Below, piece after piece: positions 36,850-52,005 of a DNA stretch of 63,470 nt. The stretch's first letter is position 1. Each line of letters opens with the position of its first letter. The stretch spans positions 109,380,563 to 109,444,032 of the forward strand of contig NC_068983.1 in NCBI RefSeq assembly GCF_001194135.2. Reading direction: 5' to 3'. The notes under the pieces are model-generated. The model had not been told where the DNA came from. It did no database searches and saw only the letters and a list, made by a program, of their open reading frames with translations. The position numbers were made by a program, and so were the translations under genes. The DNA comes from Octopus bimaculoides (Eukaryota).

Positions 36850-37900
36850 AAGAGGTCATGTCTTCCTACTAGAATAAGGAGGTGTGGGCATATCTCCAGA
36901 AAATATTTTTTCTATGCTGTCTAATGAAGTTGTTGCTTGTCTGTCATCTAACCTTCTCGACTGTCAGCTCTATGACTCTCGCAGTGAAAGTCTGCCAGCT
37001 CAGCTATTTGTTACACCAAGTATTGATGGGGCTCACTCTGATTCATGTTTTGTAAATTCTAGTGCCACCTAAAGTTTGGTTGTTCCCTATATTCTTTATG
37101 ATGTGTTACTGATTTTCCTGTAATTACTTTGAGTAGAAAACCAAAGGTGCTGCGTTTCTGTCCTTCCTGAAGTTCTGAATTCTGGAATTATCTACATTTT
37201 AGAGTCATCTCACTTGTAACTAGAATTATTTCTATTAACAGAGATCTTGAAATGATTATCTATAATGAAGATAGCAGCCTGGTGTTCAATAGCAACAAGA
37301 TACAATCTCTAAGCATATTAAGGGAACAAACTTGTGCTACACCTCCTTTTATACATCATTACAATGAAAGCCCCAAAGTTACAACAAACATTAGGCTTCA
37401 GAATTTCTGATCATCTGATATGGTGACATCACATATATAATATTAAAAAACTAAGACCAAGTTGCCTATTGAAAGACTACATACTCCAATGATATAGTTG
37501 CATCTTCAAAGTTGGGAAATGATTCTGCTTTGCTCAATTGCTAACCATCTACAAAATTCAGATGTGTTCCCCATTAAAGTATTGTTTGCATATCTGGGAC
37601 CACATCTAGAAAGAGGTCATTTAAATCATTAGCAAAAGCTCATTTGGCAAGGTGCAACAATTACTGGCACACAGAGAGTTTTTTCTGTTTGTCATTTATC
37701 CTTCTACTACAACCTTGAGCTAAACACTTTTCTCATTCATCACCCAGCCACCACAGGGCTGCACACCTCTGGAATTCCTTTTCCATCCATGCTTTTATTG
37801 CAGATATCTAGACACAGATATTTGAACTCAGTATTAATTACATCATCTTATCATTAATTGTGCTGGTCTTTTTCCCTTTTCCTCTAAGTAACTAAAAGTC
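36850..37900 (-). mobile_element. Possible decayed APE endonuclease region of a LINE
   Basis: Faint remnants resembling GIAEVR and VIQxYAP motifs only. Confidence 0.25.
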
Positions 37901-39900
37901 TTCCACTACATCCCTAATGAAGAGATCCTTATCTATTTTCCCACCATGTTTAAAGTATAAAATATAATTTCAAAAGTTATCTATTATTTTAGAGGCTGGA
38001 AAATGTTATGTGCTCAGAAATATCTATGATTTCACTATCTGGAAAAATGAATTATAGCCACAAGGTCTAAATTAAATATAATGTCATGAATAGTATTTGA
38101 AGCAAAAAAGAAAGAAAAAGGAAAAGCTCAAAGGAATTAAAAGTTATCTTCAGCATTTTAATAATGGAATCAATCAATTTCAAGAGCTATGCTTTAAAAA
38201 TTTAGCTAAAGACTCTTCATATAGCCCCTTTTTAATATGACCTAACTGTCAGTCAAATTTGCATAGTTTCAAACACCAAACTGAAAGCTAATGTTCTTTC
38301 AACACATGAAATGTGTGCACATTAATTTGTAAAAGAAAACATGCAATTTCACCAGTATTTTCAGAGAACCCACGTCAAAATCATAATGATTTTCTTGTAA
38401 CAAATGAAAATAGCTATCAATTGATAAAACAAAAATTCGGATATTGTTTAGAACACAGAAATGTTTCAAGCATAAGCTTTTAAAGAGTGTAAGACTAAAA
38501 GCGAAATTAAAATCATGGATATTGAAACATTGAAAAATATCCTACTGAAAATTAATTTGCTTCTTAGTTTGTTAGGATAGCAAAAGCTGACCTTTCTTGT
38601 GATATTAACTAGCTCCAATATTGATTGAAGAAATAGACAGCTAAAAGAAGAAGAAAAAAAAGATGAATAAATTCAAAATCAATCTTTTTCTCAAAAGAGT
38701 CAATTTAAATAACATTCTTTTTCACATAACCTTTTGCTGCTCAAGCCTAAATATTATTTATTCTTAGTAGTAGTAAATCAATACTGAGGAGTAGACATTA
38801 AACCAACTCAGAGTTAAAGAAAATTTATTATAATGAAAATCACTCGATGCTTTATGAGACTTCTATCACATACCAAAAAATATAGAAAATGAAATAAAAA
38901 CAAATTTTCTACCTTGAGATGGATATTCAAACCAAAGATGTCAAAACAGTTAAACATAGTTTTCATCTCAAATGTGAGTAAAAAAAAAGACATTTAATCT
39001 GTGCAACCCAATATATATACTGTGAAAGAATCGTTAGTTCTTACTGATCATACAGTTTCTAAAACAAAGATTCAACTTTTTTGTATATTCCGTTGAGGTT
39101 AATATACTCTGACAAAACTTCACTGAACAATGACTAGGCTTTAGAGACTTCCTTTATTAAAAATTATTTTTAATATAAGAAAGACCCTGTAAAGTTAGTG
39201 ATTTTGGATTAATTCTTTAAATATATCTTAAAGTGCATATGATATAGTATTTAGATAATGCATAAAGATAGTAAGTTGAATCTATTACTTTATCATAATT
39301 CTCACAGATTTTATTTTTCTATAACTGGACAATAAAAGAATACATTTGTACATGCACATTTACAGTACATTTTCATAATTGAATGTTTTGAAGAGCAGGA
39401 ATATAACTGAAGGCATTTATAAAGCATACTACTGGTTGAATTTTATCAATGTTACTTGATTTGAACTCAGGTGATTTTTTTCATTCCTTCAGTCACAGCT
39501 CAAAAGTACAAAATCAATTATCCAATCTGTAGTATGATTTAATATGCTACAATCTCATCCACTCCTGCCTCTCTTATATTTTAATATATTAAATGATGAT
39601 CAGTACATAAAGGAAATATGTAAAAAAAGTTATTTATACAGTTTGATTTTATGTTTCTATTCACTTTCTATTTGTCAATCAACCCATATTATCATTTAAC
39701 ATAGACTAATAAACTATTCATGAATTAACAATATAGGATTTCAATTTTTACAGCAATGTACCTATGGCATTTTAGATTCTGTGAATGATTCCTCTTTTAT
39801 GTTGTTATCTCATTTCCTGAAGAAAGTATTTTGTTAAGTTACTTCACAAGAAATTTAATTTCATTTGGTGAAGTTATCTTTTTCCAAGCAAAAGATGATA

Positions 39901-39914
39901 ACAATAACAATAAT

Positions 39915-39951
<37 letters not shown>

Positions 39952-39958
39952 AAGAAGA

Positions 39959-39991
<33 letters not shown>

Positions 39992-40015
39992 TGTTGTTGT
40001 TGTTGCTGTTGTTGT
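39901..40015. repeat. Compound trinucleotide microsatellite (GAT)12(AAG)4(TAG)9(TTG)n
   Basis: Read directly. Confidence 0.98.
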
Positions 40016-41229
40016 CAAGATAGGTGCCAATATTTTCAGAATTTGTTACTAAAAGATTTCAGTGGTTCACATGGCACTTCCTGTACCACATTAAGATTTA
40101 CTTAGAAAGAAATAACAACTGTTTTGTATGACATAAAACCTTAAAAACAAATAGATTATTCTCTCATTTAGCTGGTCTATAATTGATATGATTGTTAATA
40201 ATGATCTTCAGGCTACATAGTTCATCACACACAGTAAGGGTACTTGAAAATTTCAACGAATAAGTCATATTTTAAAATACGGTAGTATATTCTTTGATTT
40301 ATAGAGATATTTGTAATCAGTTATATTTAATAATTCCTTTTGCTAATGCCATACAAAGAATAAATTGTTTTGTTTATTCTTAACTGATACCAAGACATTT
40401 TGTGGGAATCATTTATTCAAAAATGTTTACCCATGCATATGCATAAATATATTTACAAGCTGTGTACTAATAAAATAATACTGAGATAACAATTGTGTGA
40501 TGATTTGTGGAGACAACTTGTTTACAGTCAACCAAATAATAACAGGGTATGGAAAGCCAATTTTTAAATTTAGTTAGTTATTCTAATCTTAAATTATTTC
40601 AAACATCAGGCTTCTATTTTCACAATTCTTTTCATATTATTTTAAAGAATTCTAATATTGTAAGAAAATACTGGCCTGAAGATACCATTACATAACAAAT
40701 CTGCCACTCTAGCTCATTGAGAAATAAACATGGAGAAAATGTTAGGATGATTTACAGCAGACTATTATACAATATATGAAGCAGTAACTGTATGTGAAAA
40801 CGACAAATACATTTTTGATTATTTCAGAATTTATGACTGCATACAGTAAAATTTCTTTATGTATTAATGTGCCAGAATTAATGAATTTCAAAGCTTAAAT
40901 TTCAAAAATGTGCAATTCTTAGTGAATGAAGATCAGTAAACAGGATTCAGTACAATATAATGATATACCAAAAGGTAAAGTGTGTCAGCGATATAAGCAT
41001 GATGCAAGCTGTTTTAACTCAATCATATAAGTACTGCAATAGTTGGGAAAAAATGTATTTAAATGTTTGGGACGAAAAAATTTTTAAACCGTTTTTCAGT
41101 AGTTTTCAGTTTTTACAAAATTTATATTACAAGTGTTAGATATTTCACCTAAAATCAGGTGGTAGCCTGAGAAAAAAGTGATTGCTTTAAAAATATCTGG
41201 AAAATATCTGAAGCGGCATCAAAGTTAGA

Positions 41230-41710
41230 CAGAAACAGTAATAAAATGGAAAGCTTAATAATGTCTGGAGCAGTAAAAGTTTCCCAACTAAGTTAAACAA
41301 AGAAAGCTAGTGCAACTGCACATATGACCAAGAGGCATTTGTAGTTGCAAAGCATAGACTCTTAACAAATTTGAAGAGAATATAATCAATGCATTTGAAA
41401 TGTGGGTGTTTAAGAGAATGTTACTAGTCTGTTACAAGGATCACCAGACAACTGAATGAGTGTTACAACAAGTAGGTGAAAGAAAGATGACAACTTTTGA
41501 ACATTGTGTAAAAACAACAAAAGCTCATCTATTATGGCCATATTCGAAGAGGCACAAGTCTGGAAATAATCATCATAGAAGGAAGAGTAGAGGGTAGTAG
41601 ATCAAGAGGCAGGCAAAGAATGCAACAGACAGACAATATCACAAACTGGTTCAACAAAAGTGGCAAAGCATCTATCGAACTCACACTTAATCAATACATT
41701 GCAGGTGTGC
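41230..41710 (+). mobile_element. Decayed RTE-clade LINE C-terminal fragment
   Basis: INAFEMWVFKRML..KLIYYGHIRRG..IIEGRVEGSRSRGRQR. Confidence 0.75.
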
Positions 41711-42632
41711 AATACATGATGATAACATATAAAATAAATTTTACAAATACTGCTGAGTTGGTAGATCATGGAAAATTAAAGATCACAAATTGAATTATGC
41801 TCAAAATGAAAAGATATGAGATCTGTAAGCATATCTCACTGTTGTTAACATAAAAATAAGCATTGTAATTTGAGGATGATGATGATGATGACACAACAAT
41901 AATGACAATGCTGATACTAGTCATGAAGAGGAATGTTGTATCTTTTGTTGTGTACCTTCAGTCAATTCTGCTATTTCCAAGCTGAGATAAGTGATCAAGC
42001 ATTTATTAAGCCATACCGTCAATACACTATGTGCATCATGTTTCTCTATGTCTGGTGCCTGATAACACTGTATACAATCCATCATCAAATATTTTTATGT
42101 GGAAAGCAATATTGAAATCTGAGAATATTATAATCAATTTAATGTTGGTTTTGTTTATGCATATTTGGATATTTTAGGAGTCCTACAAGCTGGACTAAGA
42201 GATACTCTCTGTAATAACTATGATCTTTCCAAGATTAATTATACAGCATTGAAAATTCAGTGCAGAACATCAAAACTGTTGCAAATTAGATGTGCAACAA
42301 TACTGATGTTTACTATAACTTTGTGTTTGGATTAGCTGAAAGGGAGTAGTTTTTAATTATTTTTCATGTGTGGCTAATCTTGGCTCAATGTTATAGAAAT
42401 AAAAGGGAAGAATTATGAATTACTTATAATATGTTGCAAACAATATTAATACTTTTTCTGAAGCATAATAATTAACAAATGGAATGTCTAAATTCAGGTG
42501 CATTTTGGGTAGTTCAAAAATTAATATTCTTATGGAACTAGTAATTATATATATAATGTGATAAATGCCAAGTATGAAATTTTTGTCACTTGAATTACTT
42601 TGTAACTTCTGATTAAAATTATTAAATATATA

Positions 42633-42920
42633 TCATCATCATCATCATTATTTAATGTCTATTTTCAATGTGGGCATGGGTTAGATGGTTTGAAAGGAGC
42701 TGATCAGGTAGAAGATTACACCAGTCTACTGTGTTTGTCTTGGCCTGGTTTTTATGGCTGGATCTCCTTCTTAACACCAACCACCCTGTATAGTGAACTG
42801 AGTGCTTTCTACATGGTACCAGCACAGAAGTCAGATTTGACATGGTTTCTAGTTGGATGCCTTTCCAAATGCCAACCACTTTACAGTGTGGAGCTGGATG
42901 CTTTTTACATGGCACCAGCA
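42633..42920 (-). mobile_element. Old RTE 3' UTR copy with an internal duplication of the terminal core
   Basis: (cat)n tail; the ctggat..ctt..ta..ccaacca core occurs at both ~42758 and ~42853. Confidence 0.7.
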
Positions 42921-43078
42921 CTAAACTTTACTATGGGGTAAATCCATAGATTTTGGCTCTCATGGCATTTAGAAATAAATTAAAATTTTTAGATACATTA
43001 GACAGTTATAAATGTCATGTTTATCCAACTACATTGTAGACACTAAAAGTGGGATTTACAAAACCAGTAATTTGCAAT

Positions 43079-43294
43079 ATGTCTGTGAAACATTTATGAG
43101 CCTTCACAGACTAAATACATTTTAGATAGAATAAATACTTTGTATATATGGAGATCAGTTCTATGTACTAAAAAAATTATGTGATATATATTTAGAGATA
43201 ATAGAATTTATGCATATCATGCTTATGTATTGAGTACTAGTTATCCTACTTGTCCCACCAAATACACGCACACACACACATACACACATACACA

Positions 43295-43372
<78 letters not shown>

Positions 43373-44418
43373 TGCACACTTATGGGAGGTTTTAAAGCAC
43401 TCTGGAAGAAAAGCTGAAAGACAAATATAATACTGATTTACACTGAACTCAAAGGAAAAAAAATTGAATCAAGGAAGGATTTGAAAATGTATCTGTAGTG
43501 TTACAATCTCATTGTTGCTTTCTTGAGATGTAGAAAATCTTGGCAGCTACTTTGCTTCCAAGTAGATAAGCTAATTTGTATATTGACAATCAGTCAACTG
43601 TATGCAAATTACTCACTTTGTAAATCCCTCTTTTAGTATCTACAATGAAGTTGTATAAACATGACAGACATTCATAACTGTCTAATATATCTAATAATTT
43701 TAATTTATTTCTAAATGCCATGAGAGCCAAAGGTCTAAGGATTTACTCCATAGTAAAGTTTAGTATGAGCTTGTGTTGGTATAATCATAAGGATCACATG
43801 ACAATTGCTTATTTCCCAAAGATGGTAAGGCTTATGCTGTGAATTTGTGTTTAGAATATAATCCCAAAACGTTCGATCAAGGATGGTACAACTTATCATT
43901 TGACTGATTATCTGCATCAGAGTTTTCCTGGGGCTAAACTATGACAAATAATCAAGTTAATTTAAATTAATAGAGTGTTCATGAAGAACAAGTATCAAGC
44001 ATTACAATTACCAGAAAAACTGAACATAAATAACTGCAGATTACTAAATAGAGGCCAAATACCTATAACAGCATATAATCTCTTTGTGGTTATATTGAGA
44101 AGAAACTTTTGAAAAAACTTTCATTAATTATAATTGGCTTCTGAGATACTTATTAAGAATATCTGTTAGACTCCCTTAGAGCAAGTTTACTTGTTAATTA
44201 AATATAATGTTTCCAACATTAAAAATAATTAGGTTCATATTCTTTTTAAATATCTCAAATTAAATTCATATCCTTCATGTCTGTGAAACATTTAGCAGCC
44301 TTCATAGATTAAATACATTTTTGATAGAATAAACACATTGTATATGTGAAGATCAATTCTATGTAATAAAAAGTTTCATGATATATATTTAGAGATAATA
44401 GAATTTATGCATATTATA
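43079..44418 (+). repeat. ~140-bp direct repeat pair (43079-43220 and 44277-44418)
   Basis: atgtctgtgaaacattta..gatatatatttagagataatagaatttatgcatat is present in both. Confidence 0.85.
43260..43368. repeat. Long (CA)n microsatellite (others at 10857, 11587, 16958, 30748, 33764-33890, 63125-63240)
   Basis: Read directly. Confidence 0.98.
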
Positions 44419-45949
44419 TTTGATTATGAAAATCATATTTGTTTATATTTTATTATACCTAATAATATATATTTCAAAATAAAATGAAGTGGGTATTATA
44501 TTATATTTGCAATCGTTTTCTGTTTTGGAATTACTGATGTGACCTACTTTGATGATACAGTAGAAATATTATTTTCAAGATTACAGGAAAAGGAAAACTG
44601 GTTGATTGGCAGAATAATTAGAAAACCAAACAAATGCTTTGCAGCATTTGTTCTCATTCTTTGTATTCTAAGTTCAAATTCTTCTGAGATAAACTTTGCC
44701 TATCACCTTTTGGGAACTGATAAAATATATTACCAGACAAGTAGAGGGGTTGATTCATTTTTCATTTGCAGAATCAGCTGTAATATGCAGTGAACATGTG
44801 AGGGATCATTCAAAGCATGTCTGTGATTTAAGACAGCCACTTTCGATCTATAGTGGATGCAGAATGTAGCATATAATGATGATTGAAGCAACATATAAAC
44901 CACAAATCTTGTGGAATCATTAATAGCATTTTTATCATCTGTTGATTACACATTGAGTATTGTGGAGTCTGGCTAGAAGCTCTGTGAAGGATATGGGCTG
45001 ACTTTTGGCAGGTGTGGGTATGCTGTCATTTTGGCTGTAAGTTTAAACTATTAAGACAAAATTTGTTTTTGAGCCTGCATTTCAAGATCAACTCCCATCT
45101 TTTACAAAGTGGATGATAATTTTGTGTCATGGTTTTGTATTTACTGGGAAAGCAAAGATCACACACTCCAAAACATACAGTAAAGCTTCAGTAGACAAAA
45201 TATGCATATTGAAGAAAAACAAATTACAACGAAAGATTATAATTAAAATTATTTATTATTAGAATTTCAAAACAAAAATAAATGTAATGATTGTTGCTAA
45301 TAACAATAAATTTTAATTGCAATCCAAAATACTTTCTTCCTTCACAAAATGATTTGGATCATTACATCAGCAGATCCCATTTTGATTAACAAAAGTGAAG
45401 GTAAAGTTGAAAGCTCATATATCATCATAAGATTTTTGAACTTTATAGAGAACCATGAAATATACAATTCTATTTTAAATTATTATTTTTTCTGAAGTGT
45501 ATATGGTGCATCTTCATTTCCAGGACCCTAAGAAAGTGAAACAAAATTTTGAAGAAAAGTAATTTTATGGAAACAAAATACTTAATCTGTAATCATTGAT
45601 TACCAGTTAATCACTTCAACCCATTTTTATGAGCATTTCATTAACTTTGGCTGTAAGATTAATGATCTGCCCCAGATATAGGAATAACAGAAGTATGCAT
45701 AAACCCCTGCCTTAGTTTACCTGTGGCAGGGTTAAATGAAGTGAGTCTATGTCATTGTCATCAGTTCCTGTTTTTTTTTTTTAGACTATTTTCTTTTTGT
45801 TTCTGTCCATATTGTATTCTCAAATAGAATATTGGGCTGTCTAGTACTCAGGAGATAACTATTCCAAAAAACAAAAAACAAAAAATGAAGTAAAGAAAAA
45901 TGTTACTAATTTAGTACCTATACAATACCTTATAAAATTTTTCCTTGCT

Positions 45950-48450
45950 TTAAAATAGGAAAACTTAAAAGTGAAGGATGAAGAATCACAACCAGATTTC
46001 TGAGAAATTAGCCCAAGTACATCTGTAGAAAATATGAGTAATGTATCAACTCAAAATATTGAACATGATGAATTGACACAGTTTACTTACATGAACAGTG
46101 AAATGCCAGCATGGGATCTAAACCTAGCCATGTGGTTTTCTACCAGAGAAATGCATGTATTTATATGTATTTATATTCTTCCAGTCTAAGTCAGTTATAT
46201 GTCAAAACAAAACTGCCTCCAACTTTTACCCAGAATCTCAGCATCATTATCAATTAGATGATGTTTAACTGAATTTTTAATTTTTAGCTGAATCGTTATT
46301 TTAAAATTACAGTATATTATATTATCCATAACAATGGTGATCAGTATTTGAGAAAGTTACTCCTGAACAGCCCATCAAGGAGTGCAGTTTATTGCTTTTT
46401 CTGTACTTTGATGTCAAGCAGATGTGACAGGTTTTCTAACAACAATGGCTTTAATGATACTAAAAAAGCAGAAGAGCAAATGAAAACACATGAACAAAGC
46501 CAAGACCACAGAAATTCTGTGTTGAAGTTCAATATTTTATGTAGGGAATCTTCCCATATAACAGGAAGTTTGAAAATCATGTGTAGGAAAGCAAGAACTA
46601 CTAAACTAACATATTGTTCTGTGAAGTGACCATGACAATATTTTTAGCCAAGCGAGGCCTGACATTTTAGGGTAATGGAGAAATCACAGGACCTAAGCAC
46701 GATGGAAAATCTTTAGGATTAGGGTATTTATTGCCTACTTTAATCCATTTCTGATAAGTCACTTAAAAGCATTTGGTAATCCCAAATTGTCCTATTGATG
46801 GCAAAATATTTTAAGAATCTTATTGTCTCAGGACTTAAAACTACCAAGTATTTCTAGGTTTCTGTATATTCAACTGCAGACAGGATTTCATGTCAACCAA
46901 CTAAAGTTATTGTGCATCTTGTTGTTTCTGGAGAACTAGTAGAAATGTTTCTAAATTTTGTGCAGACTACTTTTTACAAAGCTGAAATACAGGCTTCATC
47001 TCAGAATTTCTAACAAAAGTGGGGATAAATTCTAAAGACTGCTAGGGGTCAGTGCTATGACAATGCCAGTAATATGTCCAGTTACCTCACAGGAATGCAA
47101 GAACCAGTTAAGCAAAAGAACCTGGCTGCAGTTTTCATTCTTTGTGCAGTTCACTCATCCTATTTTATTGGTAAAACGACTGACTTTTCTGTGTATATGT
47201 TGTTAGCTATTTTGTTTTGTACAAAATTATACACCATTTTTTCTGCATCATCACTAGGAGGAAATAAAAGAGTACCAACTTTGAAGTCCTTTTCAAACAC
47301 TTATCGGTCAGCACAAGCTGATGCTATTGAAGCTCTTGTTAATGGATATGGATACGTTCATAAAGCCTTCAGAATGTAAATGATTTGTAAGAAACCTCCA
47401 AAGCAAGACAGAGACTCAGACATTGGCAGACAAAATGGACTGTCTTGAAATTGCTCTGATCTCTAAGATCTGAATTTAATTTGTGCACATTTTAACGGTG
47501 CAAATAAAAATTTTCAAGTACATGAAGCTGACCTCAGTATAAATATTCACTTCAGAGTATGTATGCAGAGTTAAACTGAATTTCAGGAACATGTAAAAAT
47601 ACAGTCTACAAAGCAACAACACATGAACCAAGGAAAAGCAGTACATGTGACACAAATCCAGCCTCAGCCTCAGAGGAAGTTGTCCTTTCTGCAAGAGAAA
47701 GGTCCAAATGTGGGACTCATTAATGTCGTTTTAGATCAGTTATCTGTTATTTTTCAAACATTCAGGATTGTCTATCTGTCAGTGCATGATATATTCAAAG
47801 TCATAATAAACTTACATAGCTTATCCAATGCTAAGATAAAAAATGAAACTGATTGAAATGAAATTGCTGTTTTAATGACTTTAATGTGTTCATAGAATAA
47901 TTATAATTTGAAAACCTTCTTAAGCTCAGGTCATGCCTCACTCACTCTCAAAAGGCACTTTTAATCCATGATGAAGGGCTTACTGATACCGTTTCAAGAG
48001 TAGGTGTAGCTCTCAGAATGCATTTGATCTTGATGGTTACTAATTGTTCATAGATGTCATTCAGTAAATGAGGACTGGTAAACGATTATCTGAGAAGCAT
48101 AATGACTTATGAAAGACTAAGTGCTTTCTGCTTTTTGAATGTAGAGAGAAGTGTTTTAAAAACAATACAGTATGAGGAATTCCTTAAAAAAAATTTCAGA
48201 TAACAAGTATAGAAAGAAAGGTAATGTAATAGTATATATAGTTGTAGGATTGTAAAACTTACTGTACTTAATTTTAAATGATAAAATTTTGCATAGACAA
48301 ATGTATTGAAACTTTCTATGTGCCAATTTGCCAATTACATTTAATACAATAGACAGGTTTTCAAATGTAAATTCGAGGACTTATCATGAATTTCAATCTT
48401 TGTGCTTGAAGAGCCCACAGAACTTGAGGTGTCTTGGGCATACTAAGATT
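45950..48450 (+). pseudogene. Decayed hAT transposase, ZMYM1/PRKRIR-like
   Basis: RGQCYDNASNMS...VFILCAVHS; C-terminal dimerisation remnant LMVTNCS..SFSK..YLRSIMTYERLS; hAT-like end atttaaatctgatcctg near 48460; left TIR not found. Confidence 0.75.
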
Positions 48451-49349
48451 TAAATCTGATCCTGTTTATCATGGTGTTTTAATAAATATTTTGAAGCATA
48501 TAATAAATTGTTATATATATAATCATTGCATTTGTAACATCTTATTGCAAGAAAGCCTCCTAAAAAAGATATTATTTTCAGTTGTGTATGTATGTATGTA
48601 TGTATGCATGTGCACATGTAAAATATACGTAAATGTTATAGTATAATATATGTATGCATAAATACACACACAGACACACAGGCATATACCCAAACATAAA
48701 CACTTACCCTTACACAGACATACAAATAGCTAGATAAACATACATATATATATATATATATATGGAAATATAAACACAGTGTGCAATTACATAGATTTTG
48801 ATATATATATATTGTAAAACAATTTTAATAAAAAAAGAAATTTTGTTTATTAGTCACAGAAGTGTTTGTTGATGAGTTAACACACTTTTAAAAATAAAAA
48901 TTGGCAAGTTCATTTTGACTTGAAGGAGGTATTGTAATACTTTCATAATTATTTGTCTAAATGCTAATTTGTGAGGAAATTTATAGTTCTTTTAAGAACT
49001 AAGAATTATTTTCACTTCACAAGTTTTTGAAAGTGAGTTGAGCAATATTCTTTTAATTCAAGTATTAAAAGGAAAAATTTTAAATATAAACATGGAACAT
49101 ATTAAAATATGTGATTTTTAAAGTAGCTACTAATATAATGAAGGCGTGTGCATGTGTGTGTGCACATTAACATGCATACATATGTATATGCACAAGCAAC
49201 ATATTCACAAGTACATAGGTATATGCACAAACACATATATGAACATGTGTACATACATACTGCCTTTGTTATCCAAGGAGACAAAAGAGATATGAATGCC
49301 TCTAAACCCCACAATTCAATAGAAAGAGTCGATTATGCCATGCAAGTAT

Positions 49350-49860
49350 GAAAGATATCACTTACATCATCTGTAGCTGACTAAAAATGTCTGAAAAATA
49401 CTGTTGCCCATGATACATGATATTGTTGCTGAGACAGTTTACAAAGCTATATTCAAGAATGATTATTTTGACCGCTACACCAAGAGTACACCAGAGCCAG
49501 AAGGTATCAGCACCTTTAAAAATAAAGAATGCTAATGAAACATTCCAGTAGAAATAGCAAACTAGTGTTGGCACAAGGTAGATATGGTTGTATGTAGCAG
49601 AGATCAAAAGTCATACACCATTACATGGATCAGTTGTTCAGTAGATGCAAATGTCTCTTCAAAAATTGGTGGAAAGGAGGTCATCTATGGAGATCTAATG
49701 ACAAACCTACAGCTACATATTTTGATTTGTTCCTATTAATGTAGGTGCACTAAGCCACTTAACAGCTGGTTTGTACAGAAACATAGAAATACTTGGGTTC
49801 TTCAAAAATGAACACAGCAGACTGATTTGCATGCTCCTAATATAGTCAGTAAGAGAAATT
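49350..49860 (+). mobile_element. Dong/R4 LINE 3' fragment (restriction-like endonuclease region)
   Basis: HDIVAETVYKAIFK; HKVDMVVCSRDQK; VIYGDLMTNLQL; FVPINVGAL. Confidence 0.75.
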
Positions 49861-52005
49861 GAAAATCTTGAAACATTTCAGAGATTTCCATCTGATATTC
49901 CTAGCAGAACTTGTGCACACAATCATATATGCATATAAAATGCATATACATGAACACACAAACAGTAATGAGACATATGCACCCGTGTTCTGTTATGAAA
50001 CTTACAACTGCAATTTTTCCACACACATGCACACACACAGACACACACACACACACAAACACTTAAATCAGAACATACATGTATACATTAACCAATTCAG
50101 GTAACCATAAACATCAAGAGTTTTCATGACTGAAACAAAAGAGCCTTGCCACTCTGTTAGTGACTGGCTTGAATTCTGAAAAAAGAAAAAAAAAAAACTT
50201 AAAAATAAACTCCAAATAAAACATACATACATATGTACATTTATACATAGGTACAAATATGCAAACAGACATACAGACATACATGACAATATGGGATGAA
50301 GCTAAAACAAACTTAAACAGCTTTGGCAACAAGCATTTTGCTTTGCAAAATATATTTAAAAAATTATAATGTGTATCACACATTAGAATTGTTATTCCAA
50401 ATATCATGATGCAAATCCTTCTTCTAAAAACCTTGATTACTGATCAAAATCTATTATAAGAAATATCAAAATAATGTAAACAAATTGCTGCCACCATGAG
50501 TAAACTCTCATACACTTCCATATGTAGTCAATTCAGCAGAAATGAATGTAGAACATACTAAAATTGGGAACGTTTCGAAACAACAATCTTAAGATTTTAG
50601 AAAGAATCAACTGCTCTCATATTGAAAGTTATGAATAGTATTACTGGGGAGTGCATAGAATCATGTGATGTTAATTACTGGAATATTAGTATCCTCATAT
50701 ACACAGATGCTATCATTCTTAAAGAACATATAGGAGTAAATAATGGAATCACTAAATGGCCACTTATGAAATTACTAAACAGATATAACCTAGCTAGTAA
50801 ACAAAACTTGAAGAAAGCATCAACAATCTATGCTACCATATTGGATGGTTAATCATAACAATAAAATGTAAGAAGAATTATGGGTGCACACCTCACTGAT
50901 TACACCTTATGCAACAAATAACAAAACTCTCCAGTGACTCTTCATGCCAAGCTCTTGATGAAAAGATAATTACTTTAAAGCATAAACTCAGAATGCTGAG
51001 TGAAAAACTTCATTATCATAGAAAAATGTTCGAGCAAGCCAGTATAAATCACCAGTTTCCTTCCAATACACAGGTGCTACACTGGAAATGCAAAAGCAAA
51101 ACATTACCATTAAGAAAGCCACTACTCAAGATCATGAATCATTCTAATATAAAATTTCAAATACAGAAAGAAATTGACACCAGGATGTATCGTTGCTAAA
51201 TACGGTAAGGAAAGAATACTGCACCAACATCATCAGTAAAACACACAGCCAACACCAAAAAGTTCACCACAGCTGGAGGCAAACTACATAACAGGAAGGC
51301 ACCTGGAATAGACTTAGTAGTTGGAAAATGAAACAAGCTGACCTTCTACTGAGAGTCATTTATATGTATATTTCAAATAACTATGGAAGGCCATATTGAC
51401 GTATTAAATTGCTTTACTACAGCACAAATAAATCTCAAAGCCAAACATGAAACCACAGAGAGGGTAGAAAATTAGAGGCCCATAACTCAGACATATACAA
51501 GCTTTACTTAAACTGTCTCAACTCCATGATCATTGTGATTCCGATAACTTCATGAATAATAAACAGGAGGTAGAATGAAGGGAGTGTGGGTGTGTGCTGA
51601 ACAACTTTTTATGAAGCTGTAATGTCCAGAGTAAGAAAACACAGCAGGAACCTTGTGACAGTATGGCTTATTATAGGAAAGCATTCGATTCTATTCCCCA
51701 CTCATGGTTGCTGTAATCTCTTGGTACAAGTACAGAGACTGCTAAATTAGTCATTGCTATTGAGAGACTCAAAAAGACCTCAGCAACAAACCTGACACTT
51801 ACAAGTGATATCAGTGAATTACCTCTGCTGTTATAAATATTTCAAAGGAAATATTCTGAGAGGATAGTCTTTAGGAAATTCTTTTGGCATCAAATCCATT
51901 ATCAGTTCTTTTAGAAAATACTAATGATTACATATTAGTGTCTGAAACTGCTAGAGACACCAGTATAGTACATAATTTCTTTGTGGATGACCTGAAGCTC
52001 TATAC

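Noticed and set aside
38910-38978. ~55-nt segment open on both strands with splice-like ends
   Set aside because: Rare GAG acceptors; the symmetry is explained by a ttgagatg/catctcaa inverted repeat
41950-42075. Minus-strand open stretch CYQAPDIEKHDAHSVLTVWLNKCLITYLSLEIAELTE
   Set aside because: Weak splice signals and no recognisable homology
45950-48470. TIR/TSD pair for the ZMYM1-like hAT
   Set aside because: Only a plausible right end was seen; no matching left TIR or TSD was found
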